Sequence record: AP019559
Strand: one strand, 5' to 3'
DNA length: 64,000 nucleotides
Source: Escherichia phage SP15
Shown here: one piece after another, positions 18,455 to 28,487 of the stretch
How the letters are laid out: the number at the start of each line of letters is the position of its first letter
Position numbering within the stretch: the stretch's first letter is position 1
Position numbers and translations under genes: made by a program
The notes under the pieces: model-generated
What the model saw: only the letters and a program-made list of their open reading frames with translations
Told to the model about the DNA's origin: nothing
Database searches by the model: none

Positions 18455-18483
18455 ATTATACCAAAATTTTTAGCAAAAAGCAA
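18455..18483 (-). promoter_or_regulatory. T5-type early promoter
   Basis: Minus strand TTGCTT, 17 nt, TATAAT. Confidence 0.6.
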
Positions 18484-18524
18484 GTAAAATAAAAGCCTGA
18501 TCCGCTAAGATCAGGCTTGGTTTA

Positions 18525-18815
18525 TTAATCCTCTGGATTATCATCCAGGAAATTTTTAATAGCTTCGTGCATAGTTTCTTTACGAAGCTGACGTCCAATC
18601 AAAATATGATTAGCTTCTATTCGACCATTAGGTAAGCGATCTGCCAGAACTACTACAGGTACTTGACGTACACCAAATTTCTGCATTAATTCTGTATTAT
18701 CAGTCTCTTTATGGATTTCCAAATTATAGTCATTGACTACTTTATCAAATACTGGTTCGAAAAGTTTACATGGGTTACAGGTGGAACCTTTTAATAGATA
18801 GACTAATTTAGACAT
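18525..18815 (-). CDS. thioredoxin-fold redoxin (CxxC)
   Basis: Track ORF 18525..18842 trimmed to the ATG at 18815 (AAGGAAA RBS); 'CNPC' active-site-like motif. Confidence 0.5.
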   Translation of the reverse strand: MSKLVYLLKGSTCNPCKLFEPVFDKVVNDYNLEIHKETDNTELMQKFGVRQVPVVVLADRLPNGRIEANHILIGRQLRKETMHEAIKNFLDDNPED

Positions 18816-19314
18816 TTTTATTTCCTTTGCTGGCAAACTCACCGTGGAGTTCTTCTAGTTTTTCATCTCTCCATGCAATTGCTTCTTCCAAAGAACTGCA
18901 CGTTTTCATATAATTGATTCCTGCTCTAGAGATTTTTACTCTAAAAGACTTCCCTCTTTGAGATATATTTTTTAATCCCAATAGGTTATTTTTATTAGCC
19001 GATTTCCTATTAAAAGCATTTTGAGCTTTTGTAGCTTCTCTTAAGTTACCAATACGATTGTTTAGCGTATTGGTATCATCATGATCTACTATATCAGGTA
19101 AATAGCCTTTGTGCATAAAGAAGATTGCTCTATGCGCAAGTATTCGTTCTCCATCAATAGAGAGCATTAGATAGCCATCAGCATTAATAGACCCAGCAGG
19201 CATATTGTTAAGGCTAGTATTCCAACCTCTTGTACCTTCCGGTCTAGGTTTCCAGGTTAGAGTACCATCTTCGTGGTACTCTAATACCTCTAATAATCTC
19301 TCCCTAGTAATCAC
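18808..19314 (-). CDS. HNH homing endonuclease
   Basis: 'VDHDDTNTLNNRIGNLREATKAQN' HNH core; C-terminal tail shared with the ORF at 23623. Confidence 0.7.
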   Translation of the reverse strand: MITRERLLEVLEYHEDGTLTWKPRPEGTRGWNTSLNNMPAGSINADGYLMLSIDGERILAHRAIFFMHKGYLPDIVDHDDTNTLNNRIGNLREATKAQNAFNRKSANKNNLLGLKNISQRGKSFRVKISRAGINYMKTCSSLEEAIAWRDEKLEELHGEFASKGNKNV

Positions 19315-19739
19315 AATTTATTAATGGCCTCTAAGAAGTTTTTCATAGTTTTTACGGTTGCGGTGCTCAGATCAAGATTTACACCCAAACACTCGGTTAA
19401 TGCTTCCTGATAAGGAGCCTTTAATCTGCCTTCTGGGACTTCTACCTTCTTATACTCTTTATTTTTGACCTTTTTAATCATAGTCTCTAGTACAAGAAGC
19501 GGTAATTTAGCACCTTCAATATCAGTACCCAAAAGTTCAGTTAAAATTTTATTAAGATCAAGACGAGTTAACTTTTTGCCCTTAGACATAGATGCACCTA
19601 CCTTTGTATCAATAGATTTTTCCGCTTTCTTTTCGAGCTTTTTGTACTCAGGAGAGTCATGATCACGGAGTGCAATGTTTAGCTCGTAATGTGGTATACG
19701 AAAATGTTCCGCCATTTGAGTGTAGAAACGATCAGACAT
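19311..19739 (-). CDS. hypothetical protein
   Basis: 142-aa ORF. Confidence 0.5.
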   Translation of the reverse strand: MSDRFYTQMAEHFRIPHYELNIALRDHDSPEYKKLEKKAEKSIDTKVGASMSKGKKLTRLDLNKILTELLGTDIEGAKLPLLVLETMIKKVKNKEYKKVEVPEGRLKAPYQEALTECLGVNLDLSTATVKTMKNFLEAINKL

Positions 19740-19814
19740 AATATATACCTCTCTTAACTAATTTATGTATATATTATATAATAACTAGGGCTAAAAGTCA
19801 ACTACTTTTTTATC

Positions 19815-20231
19815 TTAATCTACTGCATGTATAAATCTTTTCCTAACTAGATACATAGTTATTGGGTAAATTGAGTACATAAGTATCGGGGAGAAAAGGG
19901 TGAAATACGCTGTAACTCCCCCAGCTAACATCAAAGGTATTAATGCTAGAGTAAGGGCCATAAGAATCATACCGAATGAAACAGCCAGAGCTATGGATAT
20001 AGGATTCTCTAGTTCCATCCATAACCAACAATATTTCGTATCTCTATGGCAATTGCATTTACAAACGCCGAATGAACCCATAATTATATACTCTAGTCCG
20101 TGAATAACCTTTATTAATAAGCTATTTCGGGTAGTTAATGCAATGATAGTAAAGACTATCATTAAAACGAATACTACTAGACTTATTTTCCAGATACCTA
20201 GCAGCATCATAGTGAATAGTTCTGCAAACAT
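19815..20231 (-). CDS. multi-pass membrane protein
   Basis: 138 aa with several hydrophobic segments. Confidence 0.45.
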   Translation of the reverse strand: MFAELFTMMLLGIWKISLVVFVLMIVFTIIALTTRNSLLIKVIHGLEYIIMGSFGVCKCNCHRDTKYCWLWMELENPISIALAVSFGMILMALTLALIPLMLAGGVTAYFTLFSPILMYSIYPITMYLVRKRFIHAVD

Positions 20232-20308
20232 GGCTTTCTCCTATCTTCAAAAATTATTAAAGCCCCCTTTGCCTAAAAAGGCGGGAATATTCCCGCCTAA
20301 GTTATTAA

Positions 20309-20722
20309 TTAAACTAGTTCGACATGACCGCCATCATAGGTACCACGTTTTATTTCATCGTGATAGTCTCCCGAAGCATTCCAATCAGCACCAAAACGAA
20401 GTTTAATGCCTAGCTCTTTACCAGCTTGTTCAAAAGCCTTTTTAACTGCCCAAAATGCTTCTAAGTCATTCCAATCAATTTTGCCATTAATATATGGAGC
20501 AAAATCAATAGCATCCCCAGTAATATGTTTGCTTTTACTAGGATCTTTTAGAAATGAAGTACCATTAGCAATGTTCTGGGCACTTTGTGCTACTGTACGA
20601 ATACCTTGCACGATTGTGAAATCATACGGAGATAGTTCTAAAGCCCTACGAGCTACTTTTTGTAGCTCGGGCTTAACGGTAGCTAATTGTTTTTCACTAT
20701 TTTTACCAAATTTAAAACTCAT
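20309..20722 (-). CDS. lys: endolysin, L-alanyl-D-glutamate peptidase (M15-type, EndoT5-like)
   Basis: 137-aa protein; length and sequence match what I recall of the T5 endolysin. Confidence 0.85.
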   Translation of the reverse strand: MSFKFGKNSEKQLATVKPELQKVARRALELSPYDFTIVQGIRTVAQSAQNIANGTSFLKDPSKSKHITGDAIDFAPYINGKIDWNDLEAFWAVKKAFEQAGKELGIKLRFGADWNASGDYHDEIKRGTYDGGHVELV

Positions 20723-21375
20723 ATTGATCTACCTAAAGATCTCTGTTGTGGGGAACAGAGCTTTGCTAAATATTCCTTGAACTGTTCAGAATCAGCTGTA
20801 TCTACCGGATTATCTTTCCAAGCAATACCAATGTACCCAGCATAGATATTTTTTAGATTGAAGTATGGACAAGTGTATATGTAATTAAAAGTAACGTTTT
20901 TAAACGCAGGTATATTTAACCCCATATATTTATTTACTCTTACACTTAAATCCGATGCGTAGTTAAAGCCCTCTAAATGACGTCTGTATAATTCAGACGT
21001 TTTATTTACCGCTTTATCGGCCAAGTCAGCCCTATCTAATTGCGCATTACTTTCCCATGCAATAATATTGGAATAATCATTGATAGCATCTGGTTTATAC
21101 TTGACTACAAAAACAGCATCTGCACCCGTTTGAGAGAAGAGAACCATGCTCTTTTCCCTCGCCACATTAGGGAAGTTATCTATCCTCTGGGTTTGTAAAT
21201 CTTGTAAAACTGCAGACGTGGAAAAAGTCTTTAAGAATGACATCACTTCACTAGTATTACTAACAAATAAGAAAATAATGACAGCAACTAAGATAGTTAG
21301 CAGACGTTTAAGAAGCGATGCTGGATCTTTCGCTTCTTGGAGCAGTACCGTTAATAATTGTAAGAACTTTTCCAA
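20719..21375 (-). CDS. holin-like membrane protein
   Basis: 218 aa with N-terminal transmembrane segment, directly upstream of and 4-nt overlapping the endolysin. Confidence 0.6.
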   Translation of the reverse strand: MEKFLQLLTVLLQEAKDPASLLKRLLTILVAVIIFLFVSNTSEVMSFLKTFSTSAVLQDLQTQRIDNFPNVAREKSMVLFSQTGADAVFVVKYKPDAINDYSNIIAWESNAQLDRADLADKAVNKTSELYRRHLEGFNYASDLSVRVNKYMGLNIPAFKNVTFNYIYTCPYFNLKNIYAGYIGIAWKDNPVDTADSEQFKEYLAKLCSPQQRSLGRSI

Positions 21376-21531
21376 TTGTAACCTCCTCTAACCAGTACCA
21401 TTATACTAATTTTGGAGGAAAATTACAATGTGTTTTTAAAGATCACTTCTGGAGCATAAAATTTTGTCGTTGTCAAGAAGAATTTTAGATAAAAGAAAAG
21501 CCAGGGTCGTTAAACCCTGGCTTAAAATTAC

Positions 21532-22131
21532 TTACTCTTCGTTATGCTCCTCGGATTGAGGTAACTGGGCTTTATTATATTGCTCAGATCGATATTTTGC
21601 CAAGATTTCAATACGCTTATGGATTTCTTTGCTATCTAGATAGATATTTTTGTTGTCTTTTACCATCTCGTCGATTTCGTCTATAGAGAAGAACGGATAG
21701 TAGACATCTAGCATCATATCTTCTACGAACTTGTTGTAAGATTCATAGGCTTTCTTGATTTCTTGACCCTTCTCACAGAATCCGCCAGAGAACGTGTGTC
21801 CCATTAGCGTAGCATGTGGATGTACTACCCATCCATGACAGGATAGGAAAATTGTGCAGTAAGCAGAAGCACTAGGACCAATCAGGTGTCCTATAACTGT
21901 TCCACGGCAATTAGCAATTAAGTTAGATAACTGTGCAGCAGTATCAACATAACCACCAGGGCCATTAATCATCAGATTAATTTCGTCGTCCTCATTTGCT
22001 TGCATAAGTACCATTGATAAATCACGGTATTCATCCGGCGGGCCTAATTCTTCATCAAAGAAAAAGGTATACTCATTAGACTGGCGAATGGAGTGAAACA
22101 GGTTAGTCTTTTCTTCTTTTTTATTAGTCAT
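21532..22131 (-). CDS. ClpP-like serine peptidase family protein
   Basis: 'INGPGGYV' and 'GPSASAY' resemble ClpP motifs. Confidence 0.5.
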   Translation of the reverse strand: MTNKKEEKTNLFHSIRQSNEYTFFFDEELGPPDEYRDLSMVLMQANEDDEINLMINGPGGYVDTAAQLSNLIANCRGTVIGHLIGPSASAYCTIFLSCHGWVVHPHATLMGHTFSGGFCEKGQEIKKAYESYNKFVEDMMLDVYYPFFSIDEIDEMVKDNKNIYLDSKEIHKRIEILAKYRSEQYNKAQLPQSEEHNEE

Positions 22132-22143
22132 AGCGATCCTTGA

Positions 22144-22896
22144 TTATCCAACTAGTGGTTCTAGCTCTAAGTCACAGAAGTTATAAACTTCTAGTTTAAG
22201 GTTATTGATACCATCGAATTTATTAACTAATTCGTGAGTAATATATTTTGCAGGAATACCACTTTCAGATGGATGATCTGATTTAATAGTGAACTTCTGC
22301 TCAGCGGGTACTACATTTACTATCAAAGAATCCATATCTAAATGGTTTGTTTCTCTGAGTAACTCTCCTTCATTGGGGAATCTAACATCTGTTATTACGG
22401 CGACATCTGGGTCGTCTTTAGCGATGGATTGCTCCAGAATTATGAGCCAAATGCGTTCATGTACCAGCTGCCTTCCTAGCTCTGTTCCTACGAGCTGTAA
22501 CATTTTTCTCGGAGAAATAAATAAACTATAAAGTCCGTCTTCTTTATTCTCTGAGATAAGTTGTTGAGGATTAAGATATTTTTCCTCAAAAATCGGCCAA
22601 ACGTACGAGAAGTCTTCAAACTTATTGATACCGTATTTAAACCATACGTCTCTAGCTCGCTCCAATTGAGATTGTGTGACCGTAAACCATTGGTCAATCT
22701 CTTTCCCCCTGCGCTCTCCTAGAAACTCTGGAGTTACACCGAGGATTACGGATGCAAGTTCATAAACGGGCTTAGCAAAACTATAACGACGGGGTAAACA
22801 CGTTGGATACGTGTCATTACACCAATCGATAATTAATTTTGCAACGGTATCTTTTCCCGAACCAGCTTCACCATGTAAACCGACTAATACTGACAT
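22144..22896 (-). CDS. dnk: deoxynucleoside monophosphate kinase
   Basis: P-loop 'GEAGSGKDT' near the N-terminus; 250 aa. Confidence 0.7.
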   Translation of the reverse strand: MSVLVGLHGEAGSGKDTVAKLIIDWCNDTYPTCLPRRYSFAKPVYELASVILGVTPEFLGERRGKEIDQWFTVTQSQLERARDVWFKYGINKFEDFSYVWPIFEEKYLNPQQLISENKEDGLYSLFISPRKMLQLVGTELGRQLVHERIWLIILEQSIAKDDPDVAVITDVRFPNEGELLRETNHLDMDSLIVNVVPAEQKFTIKSDHPSESGIPAKYITHELVNKFDGINNLKLEVYNFCDLELEPLVG

Positions 22897-23249
22897 TAAT
22901 CTTTCCTATTGTTAATTGGTGGATAATATACTAAACAACGTTTTTCTTGCAAATCTTGGCGGTAGAAGCAAACCATACTAGTCAGTCGTGAGATATATGA
23001 ATATTCTGCCTCACGGCATTTTGCCAACATATTCCAATCTTTGTATGGTACAACAACTACTACGCCATCTTCCCCATTTGTAGCTAATTTCTTTTCAAAC
23101 TTAAAGTCAAAGCTACAAGGCTGAAGTCCTTTAGGCCAATCCACATGGGCTTGCTTTAACTCATGTGACGGCTCTGGTACTACCGTTTCTGCACAGCCTG
23201 TGATTGTGATTGCGGCTGCGAGCAGTATTCCAAGTTTCCAGTTAAACAT
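22896..23249 (-). CDS. outer-membrane lipoprotein, o-spanin candidate
   Basis: Signal peptide with lipobox 'ITGC'; start lies inside the upstream gene. Confidence 0.5.
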   Translation of the reverse strand: MFNWKLGILLAAAITITGCAETVVPEPSHELKQAHVDWPKGLQPCSFDFKFEKKLATNGEDGVVVVVPYKDWNMLAKCREAEYSYISRLTSMVCFYRQDLQEKRCLVYYPPINNRKD

Positions 23250-23623
23250 GCTAATCTTTCCTCGAACTCCTTACTCTGCTTTTTAGCAATTAATGTAACC
23301 AATCCAGGCTTTGCAGCTATAATATCTTGGCGACTAAGAGCTTTGTCTAACTGCTTAATCTTTTTGTCTAGATCTGCTTGCGAAATATTATTCATTGTGA
23401 AATACTGATTCATTCTAGTCTCACGAAGTTCGCTTTCAGCTTTCACCTTATTGAGGGAAGTCTCTAGAGAAGAAATCTTTTTAGTAGCCACCGCAAGATC
23501 TCCTGCTAAAGTCTCCACTTTATCTACTAAGTGATAAGCACCGAACCCGATGCCTATCGCTAGACCTGCTCCCAGGATATACATCTTGTTATTCCAAACT
23601 AAGTCTACAAACCATTTCCGCAT
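23180..23623 (-). CDS. i-spanin candidate (type II membrane protein with coiled coil)
   Basis: N-terminal transmembrane helix then long coiled-coil; 3' end overlaps the lipoprotein ORF. Confidence 0.5.
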   Translation of the reverse strand: MRKWFVDLVWNNKMYILGAGLAIGIGFGAYHLVDKVETLAGDLAVATKKISSLETSLNKVKAESELRETRMNQYFTMNNISQADLDKKIKQLDKALSRQDIIAAKPGLVTLIAKKQSKEFEERLACLTGNLEYCSQPQSQSQAVQKR

Positions 23624-24120
23624 TAGCCTGTACTCGCAAACTCACCGTGGAGTTCTTTGAGTTTGGTATCCCGCCATTTTATAGCCTCTTCCAAACTCTT
23701 AAGTGTTTTCGAAACTTGCTTACCATGTTTGGTAATTCTTACTTGGTAAGTCCCATTTGTTTTTCTATGGATATTTTTAACGCCTAAATGGTTATCGCTT
23801 CTTACTTTTTGGTTACAAGCATTATCAGATCTTGTAGCAGGCCTTAGATTCTCAAATCTATCATTAGTTGAGTCTTTGTCCTTGTGATCAACTATTTCAG
23901 GCCATTCTCCAGTATGCCATGCATAGATTAATCTATGTGCCCCTATAGCTATGGAACCATTATATAGTTCAACTACTCTATGCCCTGTACTTTGTCTAGA
24001 TCCTGCTACTGTTCCGGCGAATATCTTATTAAAATGTTCGTCCCCTTCCCTGGGTTTCCAGATAAGATTACCATCTTCTTGGTAATCGAACATTCTTCTT
24101 AGCTCTTCCTTACTGATCAT
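23623..24120 (-). CDS. HNH homing endonuclease
   Basis: 'VDHKDKDSTNDRFENLRPATRSDN'; paralog of the ORF at 18808. Confidence 0.7.
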   Translation of the reverse strand: MISKEELRRMFDYQEDGNLIWKPREGDEHFNKIFAGTVAGSRQSTGHRVVELYNGSIAIGAHRLIYAWHTGEWPEIVDHKDKDSTNDRFENLRPATRSDNACNQKVRSDNHLGVKNIHRKTNGTYQVRITKHGKQVSKTLKSLEEAIKWRDTKLKELHGEFASTG

Positions 24121-24815
24121 CTTTTCATATTCCTAAAAGAAGTAACAGTATCAAATCCATGTGCAGCTAAGCGATCCTTATCGGAAATCGTAATAGTATT
24201 TGGTTCGCCGGTTCCTAACACGCCCCAGATATATTGCTCGATCATCTGGTGCAAACGGTATAAGTTACTTTCAATTTCCTGCCACGGAATACCTGACTGA
24301 TGGAAACGAATGTTAGTCTGAATCACGAAGTTACGAACATCATCGTTATCGTTCTTCTTGATACCTTTCACATATGCAATCGGTACACGCAGTTCGGACA
24401 AGATACGTTCTGCTTTAGGTTTTGCTTCAACGAGCAAATCACGCATTGTTTCACGAACATCTCCGCGACTCTTATCCATTAAGTAAGAGCGAGCATGCAA
24501 TCCCATCTCTTCCATTTTATCGAACATAGTGTCGAGGTTGAACGTTTTGAAGCTAAATGCTGGATGCCAGCAGTACAGCTCGTGTAACCAGTAAACTTCA
24601 CCTGCAACAAATAGTGGGTTTACAAAATATTCGAAATCACCACGGAAAGATAGCGAACCATCACGAAATACCTGACGACTATGCACGATGTTCTTTTCTG
24701 CATCATCAGTTACTTTAACCAGTAGCTCTTCAGTTTTACGCTCCCAAACACGATCTGCATCAAATAAACTGTTCTGCAAATCATATACATCGGCGAATTT
24801 AGAAATGATCCTCAT
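24117..24815 (-). CDS. hypothetical protein
   Basis: 232-aa ORF downstream of an early promoter. Confidence 0.55.
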   Translation of the reverse strand: MRIISKFADVYDLQNSLFDADRVWERKTEELLVKVTDDAEKNIVHSRQVFRDGSLSFRGDFEYFVNPLFVAGEVYWLHELYCWHPAFSFKTFNLDTMFDKMEEMGLHARSYLMDKSRGDVRETMRDLLVEAKPKAERILSELRVPIAYVKGIKKNDNDDVRNFVIQTNIRFHQSGIPWQEIESNLYRLHQMIEQYIWGVLGTGEPNTITISDKDRLAAHGFDTVTSFRNMKR

Positions 24816-24846
24816 ATTTAATCCTCTTGCCTCAATCTATAAACAT

Positions 24847-24874
24847 ATTATACAAAAGTTGGGCATCTAAGCAA
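24847..24874 (-). promoter_or_regulatory. T5-type early promoter
   Basis: Minus strand TTGCTT, 16-nt spacer, TATAAT. Confidence 0.55.
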
Positions 24875-24968
24875 CTAAAATTTTATTATAAAAATAGCCC
24901 AGTCGCAAAAGTGCAGGCTGGGCTTTGTCATTATTTGCTTTTGCTAGTAAGCTGACTTAGTGTCAATC

Positions 24969-25349
24969 TTATGTAATATTAGTTTCTCTAGCTTTGCGTA
25001 GTACCCCTGCATTTCTCCACAATTTGATGTCAGCAACTGTTTCTTTATAAGGAGCTATGGTAAAACCTAGTGGGCCAGCACTAAATAATCCTAAGAACCC
25101 TACAATACGCATGTAGAACAAGCATTCTTTGGCTGTCATATTATTTACTGCTTTTTTCTGCTTTTCATCTTTAAACTTCTGTTCTTGATCACCAATACGT
25201 AGATATTTAACAAACCATTCAGCAGAATGTTCGTCCAAATGTCTAATAATAGCTATCGCATATCCAGCACCGATTAAAAACCAAGTTGCAACAAGAATTA
25301 GTAATATAGTCATATTATCTCCAGTTAGGGCTAGCAGCCACCTCACCAC
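24969..25349 (-). CDS. membrane protein
   Basis: 126 aa, two or three hydrophobic helices. Confidence 0.5.
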   Translation of the reverse strand: MVRWLLALTGDNMTILLILVATWFLIGAGYAIAIIRHLDEHSAEWFVKYLRIGDQEQKFKDEKQKKAVNNMTAKECLFYMRIVGFLGLFSAGPLGFTIAPYKETVADIKLWRNAGVLRKARETNIT

Positions 25350-25423
25350 TTACCGCACTAAGGGGCACGACTCCCTTATCCGTAACAGTTGCAGGTGACG
25401 CAACTCGGTCCTACGCGAGTTCT

Positions 25424-25708
25424 TTAAGTATTCTGCATTTCAGCTTTAAATTTTTTCATATTACGAGTTTTTCTATAAAAGAAAAACACAGATGTTGGGC
25501 CTAGAAGAATATCCACAATAAATATCACAGATCTAGCACATCTGAGTAATGTTTTATCATCAAGAGGTGGCAGATCTAACGGTCGAGTTTTATGTATAAC
25601 GTATAATATTACATCTTTATTCTTAGAAATATAAAGATCATCAACCAAGCTGTAAATAGCAACCACAGATCCAATGACAAACCAAAGAGCAAATGGAGAG
25701 ATAATCAT
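25424..25708 (-). CDS. membrane protein
   Basis: 94 aa. Confidence 0.5.
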   Translation of the reverse strand: MIISPFALWFVIGSVVAIYSLVDDLYISKNKDVILYVIHKTRPLDLPPLDDKTLLRCARSVIFIVDILLGPTSVFFFYRKTRNMKKFKAEMQNT

Positions 25709-26001
25709 TTCAGATCCTTTTCATTAATTAGAATATTAGTAAACAGTGGAGTAACTCCTAGACTCATAGTAGGTCCAAACGTATTCATGGCTACCCATAG
25801 CTGCATAGTGATCATCCCATCTTTAATCTCTGGATCTTTATATTCTTCGATACGTTTCTTGGTAAAAGCAACTATATCTGGATTATTTTTATTTTCCTGA
25901 ATATAGTCATGCCAAAACTGAGTATTCTCACTACGTAGGAATGTTAAAACATCCTTAGTTGCTGGAATCTGCACTGTGCTGTTGATGTTTAGTCTTTTCA
26001 C
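25705..26001 (-). CDS. hypothetical protein
   Basis: 98 aa. Confidence 0.5.
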   Translation of the reverse strand: MKRLNINSTVQIPATKDVLTFLRSENTQFWHDYIQENKNNPDIVAFTKKRIEEYKDPEIKDGMITMQLWVAMNTFGPTMSLGVTPLFTNILINEKDLK

Positions 26002-26374
26002 GTTCTTCTCTCCGACGTTTGCGTTCTTTTATCATATGAGCTGCTACAACTTCATGGTAGTAGTCATTAATGTTATCTTCTGGCAAGAAATGCTTAATAG
26101 TCTCTAGCTGACAAATAACTCGATGAAGATGGTTATTTGGTAGACACAATTTTATACCTGCAACAAATCCAGAGAAGCCTGGAACACTGAACATGGGTTG
26201 GGCTTCTACTCTACCTTCAGAGTTGATATTAAGCTCAATTGAGATACCCATTTTCACGCTATAAAGCTGGCAATATTCTCCGTTACCAGACCTTGACCAA
26301 ACAGTGAAGTCCTCATCAATTTGATCTTGAATTTCTGTAATAGCAAATTTAATTCTAGGATCTAAATTATTCAT
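25955..26374 (-). CDS. hypothetical protein
   Basis: Track ORF 25955..26398; internal ATG at 26374 reduces overlap; start uncertain. Confidence 0.45.
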   Translation of the reverse strand: MNNLDPRIKFAITEIQDQIDEDFTVWSRSGNGEYCQLYSVKMGISIELNINSEGRVEAQPMFSVPGFSGFVAGIKLCLPNNHLHRVICQLETIKHFLPEDNINDYYHEVVAAHMIKERKRRREEREKTKHQQHSADSSN

Positions 26375-26666
26375 CTTCACCTTCAAAGTCGCAATCATAA
26401 CGACAAGTAAAAGAATCAGAACTATTAGTACGTTGAGTGGTTATTTCACCGCGTTTGCTAATAGTAACGGCTGGAGTAGAGAAGTTTTTATTAGTATATA
26501 TTTCTACTTTACCATTACGTTCCTTAACATCACGCACTTTACCATACTCGGTAATAATGCCGTTCTGTTGGACTTTAACATTACCATTTTTCATAGAAAC
26601 TTTGGTAGATGCCAGAGAACCGAAACTAACTGTGGAGATCATCAGTGCAATAATAAACTTATTCAT
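26367..26666 (-). CDS. secreted protein with signal peptide
   Basis: Track ORF 26367..26732 trimmed to MNKFIIAL... (GGAGG upstream); cleavable signal-like N-terminus. Confidence 0.45.
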   Translation of the reverse strand: MNKFIIALMISTVSFGSLASTKVSMKNGNVKVQQNGIITEYGKVRDVKERNGKVEIYTNKNFSTPAVTISKRGEITTQRTNSSDSFTCRYDCDFEGEDE

Positions 26667-26940
26667 CTTCATCCTCCCCACTACAATCACGACATACATC
26701 ATAATCGTTGAAAGAACGTTCGTGAGCTTCACACCACCAAGAACAAGAATCGCAGAGAAACATTTCGGTTTTCTCTAGTGCTTGACCTAAAAGATCATCA
26801 GCTTCCTCAGCAGTAATCTTCAATCCGCACACATCTGCCACACGTTCTTTAATTAAACGACCTGCTTCGTGATAAGACATACAGGTTCCCACAACATCAT
26901 GTTCAAGAACATGAACAGCACAGTCTAGACGAGTTTTCAT
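26659..26940 (-). CDS. Cys-rich acidic protein
   Basis: 93 aa with CxxC-like pairs and acidic tail. Confidence 0.5.
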   Translation of the reverse strand: MKTRLDCAVHVLEHDVVGTCMSYHEAGRLIKERVADVCGLKITAEEADDLLGQALEKTEMFLCDSCSWWCEAHERSFNDYDVCRDCSGEDEDE

Positions 26941-26970
26941 TTCAAACCTCTCTCATCAATTTATAAATAT

Positions 26971-26999
26971 ATTATAGCAAGAAAAGAGAGGTTTAGCAA
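26971..26999 (-). promoter_or_regulatory. T5-type early promoter
   Basis: Minus strand TTGCTA, 17 nt, TATAAT. Confidence 0.6.
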
Positions 27000-27016
27000 A
27001 TGAATTATTTCAGAAT

Positions 27017-27364
27017 TTAGTCATAGCACCACCATAATCCACGCTTACGCATGTCATGATCGCGATTATAATCATAATTTTCTGGATCTTTCATCACGCG
27101 GTGGAGTTCTTGACGATTCCCTTGACGAACCATTTTATTAGAATGCCACTTAACATTCTTACTAATAGAATTCCAGTTATAACCATCCTTTTTCTCATTA
27201 CGAATGGTTGCTTCCTTCATTTCCTGTTCTACATCATCCCAGGATTTAGCATAAATAACACGAATCCAGTAGCCATTTTCTTTGATGAAAGAATATTCTT
27301 GAGAGAATTGTTCTTTAGACTTCCACCACTGATCACCAGATTGTTTACGATAAGTACGGCTCAT
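27017..27364 (-). CDS. hypothetical basic Trp-rich protein
   Basis: 115 aa. Confidence 0.5.
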   Translation of the reverse strand: MSRTYRKQSGDQWWKSKEQFSQEYSFIKENGYWIRVIYAKSWDDVEQEMKEATIRNEKKDGYNWNSISKNVKWHSNKMVRQGNRQELHRVMKDPENYDYNRDHDMRKRGLWWCYD

Positions 27365-27485
27365 ATTACCTCCATTAAGTCTTTTAAATTAACCTAATGT
27401 GGATGAATTTTGTTATACATATATTATGTACCTTTATACAGAAAAACCCCAGACTACTTATTCAATAGCTGGGGTTTGTTATTAA

Positions 27486-27800
27486 TTACAGATCGGGGCG
27501 TTCATCTTCGAAACAGCCTGAGCTAATTCCTTCTCCGAATCCTACAAAGCCATCAAATTCATCATTTGAGATGCCCATAATCATTGCTTCCATTTTCCTA
27601 ATCTCCGAAATTTTCATGCCTGCTTTACTATTCTTATAATATTTGCGAGGGTTCCCGCACATCCAACAAGAACAGATGCAAGGAGTAGTAGTGATAATAC
27701 CTAACCGCTTAGGGCTTTCTTCATGTGGGAAGACTGTCCAATACTTCTTGCGGTTGTTCTTCACACGTTGCCGGTGATGGCGTCTTAATGCTCGATCCAC
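27486..27800 (-). CDS. zinc-ribbon-like Cys-rich protein
   Basis: 'CICSCWMCGNPRK' cluster. Confidence 0.5.
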   Translation of the reverse strand: MDRALRRHHRQRVKNNRKKYWTVFPHEESPKRLGIITTTPCICSCWMCGNPRKYYKNSKAGMKISEIRKMEAMIMGISNDEFDGFVGFGEGISSGCFEDERPDL

Positions 27801-27881
27801 ACATTTCTCCTAAAACTTGGGAGATAAACGGAGTTTGCTCGACTACCTTGCGTAGCTGGGAGAAATCATATCCAAACCCCA

Positions 27882-28250
27882 TTACATCGCCTGAGTAAAT
27901 GTACGACTAATAACGTCGTTCTGTTGTTCACGAGTCAGTGCATTAAATCGAACAGCGTAGCCAGAGACACGGATGGTCAACTGAGGATATTTTTCAGGAT
28001 GTTTCTGCGCATCCAAAAGCTGATCACGGCTTAACACATTGACATTTAGGTGCTGACCACCTTCGATTTGAGGGGCGACTTCCACCTTAACTTCACGGAA
28101 GGCTTCGGGATCGAATTGTGGTGTGATACCTTCTAGATCTTCAACTAGAACTTTCTGTTTAAGTTCACCATTGTCGGAGTATAGCTGAATAATCTGATTT
28201 TCATGAACAAGGTTAATTACGCCAGACTTAAGATTTTGATATGCTTTCAT
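27882..28250 (-). CDS. grcA: autonomous glycyl radical cofactor, GrcA/YfiD-like
   Basis: C-terminal '[10 protein letters not shown]...[17 protein letters not shown]' matches the glycyl-radical domain of E. coli GrcA as I recall it. Confidence 0.75.
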   Translation of the reverse strand: MKAYQNLKSGVINLVHENQIIQLYSDNGELKQKVLVEDLEGITPQFDPEAFREVKVEVAPQIEGGQHLNVNVLSRDQLLDAQKHPEKYPQLTIRVSGYAVRFNALTREQQNDVISRTFTQAM

Positions 28251-28292
28251 TAGATCTCCCTGATGTTAGAATTTGGCTCAGCTCTTTATTGT

Positions 28293-28487
28293 CTATAGTT
28301 TACCACGATATACAGAAACTGTCTTACCAGTTTGGTTCATAACGTATGCTACTTCATCTTCTTTTAAGAAGATTGCTTGATCTATTCCAGAAATAGCTAT
28401 GCTTTTATTTCTGGGATTAAACCCTACGCTTTTACCAACATGAATCTGCTCACCACCATCAGTGGACATTATTTTAACTGTTAACAT
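28293..28487 (-). CDS. hypothetical protein
   Basis: 64 aa. Confidence 0.5.
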   Translation of the reverse strand: MLTVKIMSTDGGEQIHVGKSVGFNPRNKSIAISGIDQAIFLKEDEVAYVMNQTGKTVSVYRGKL

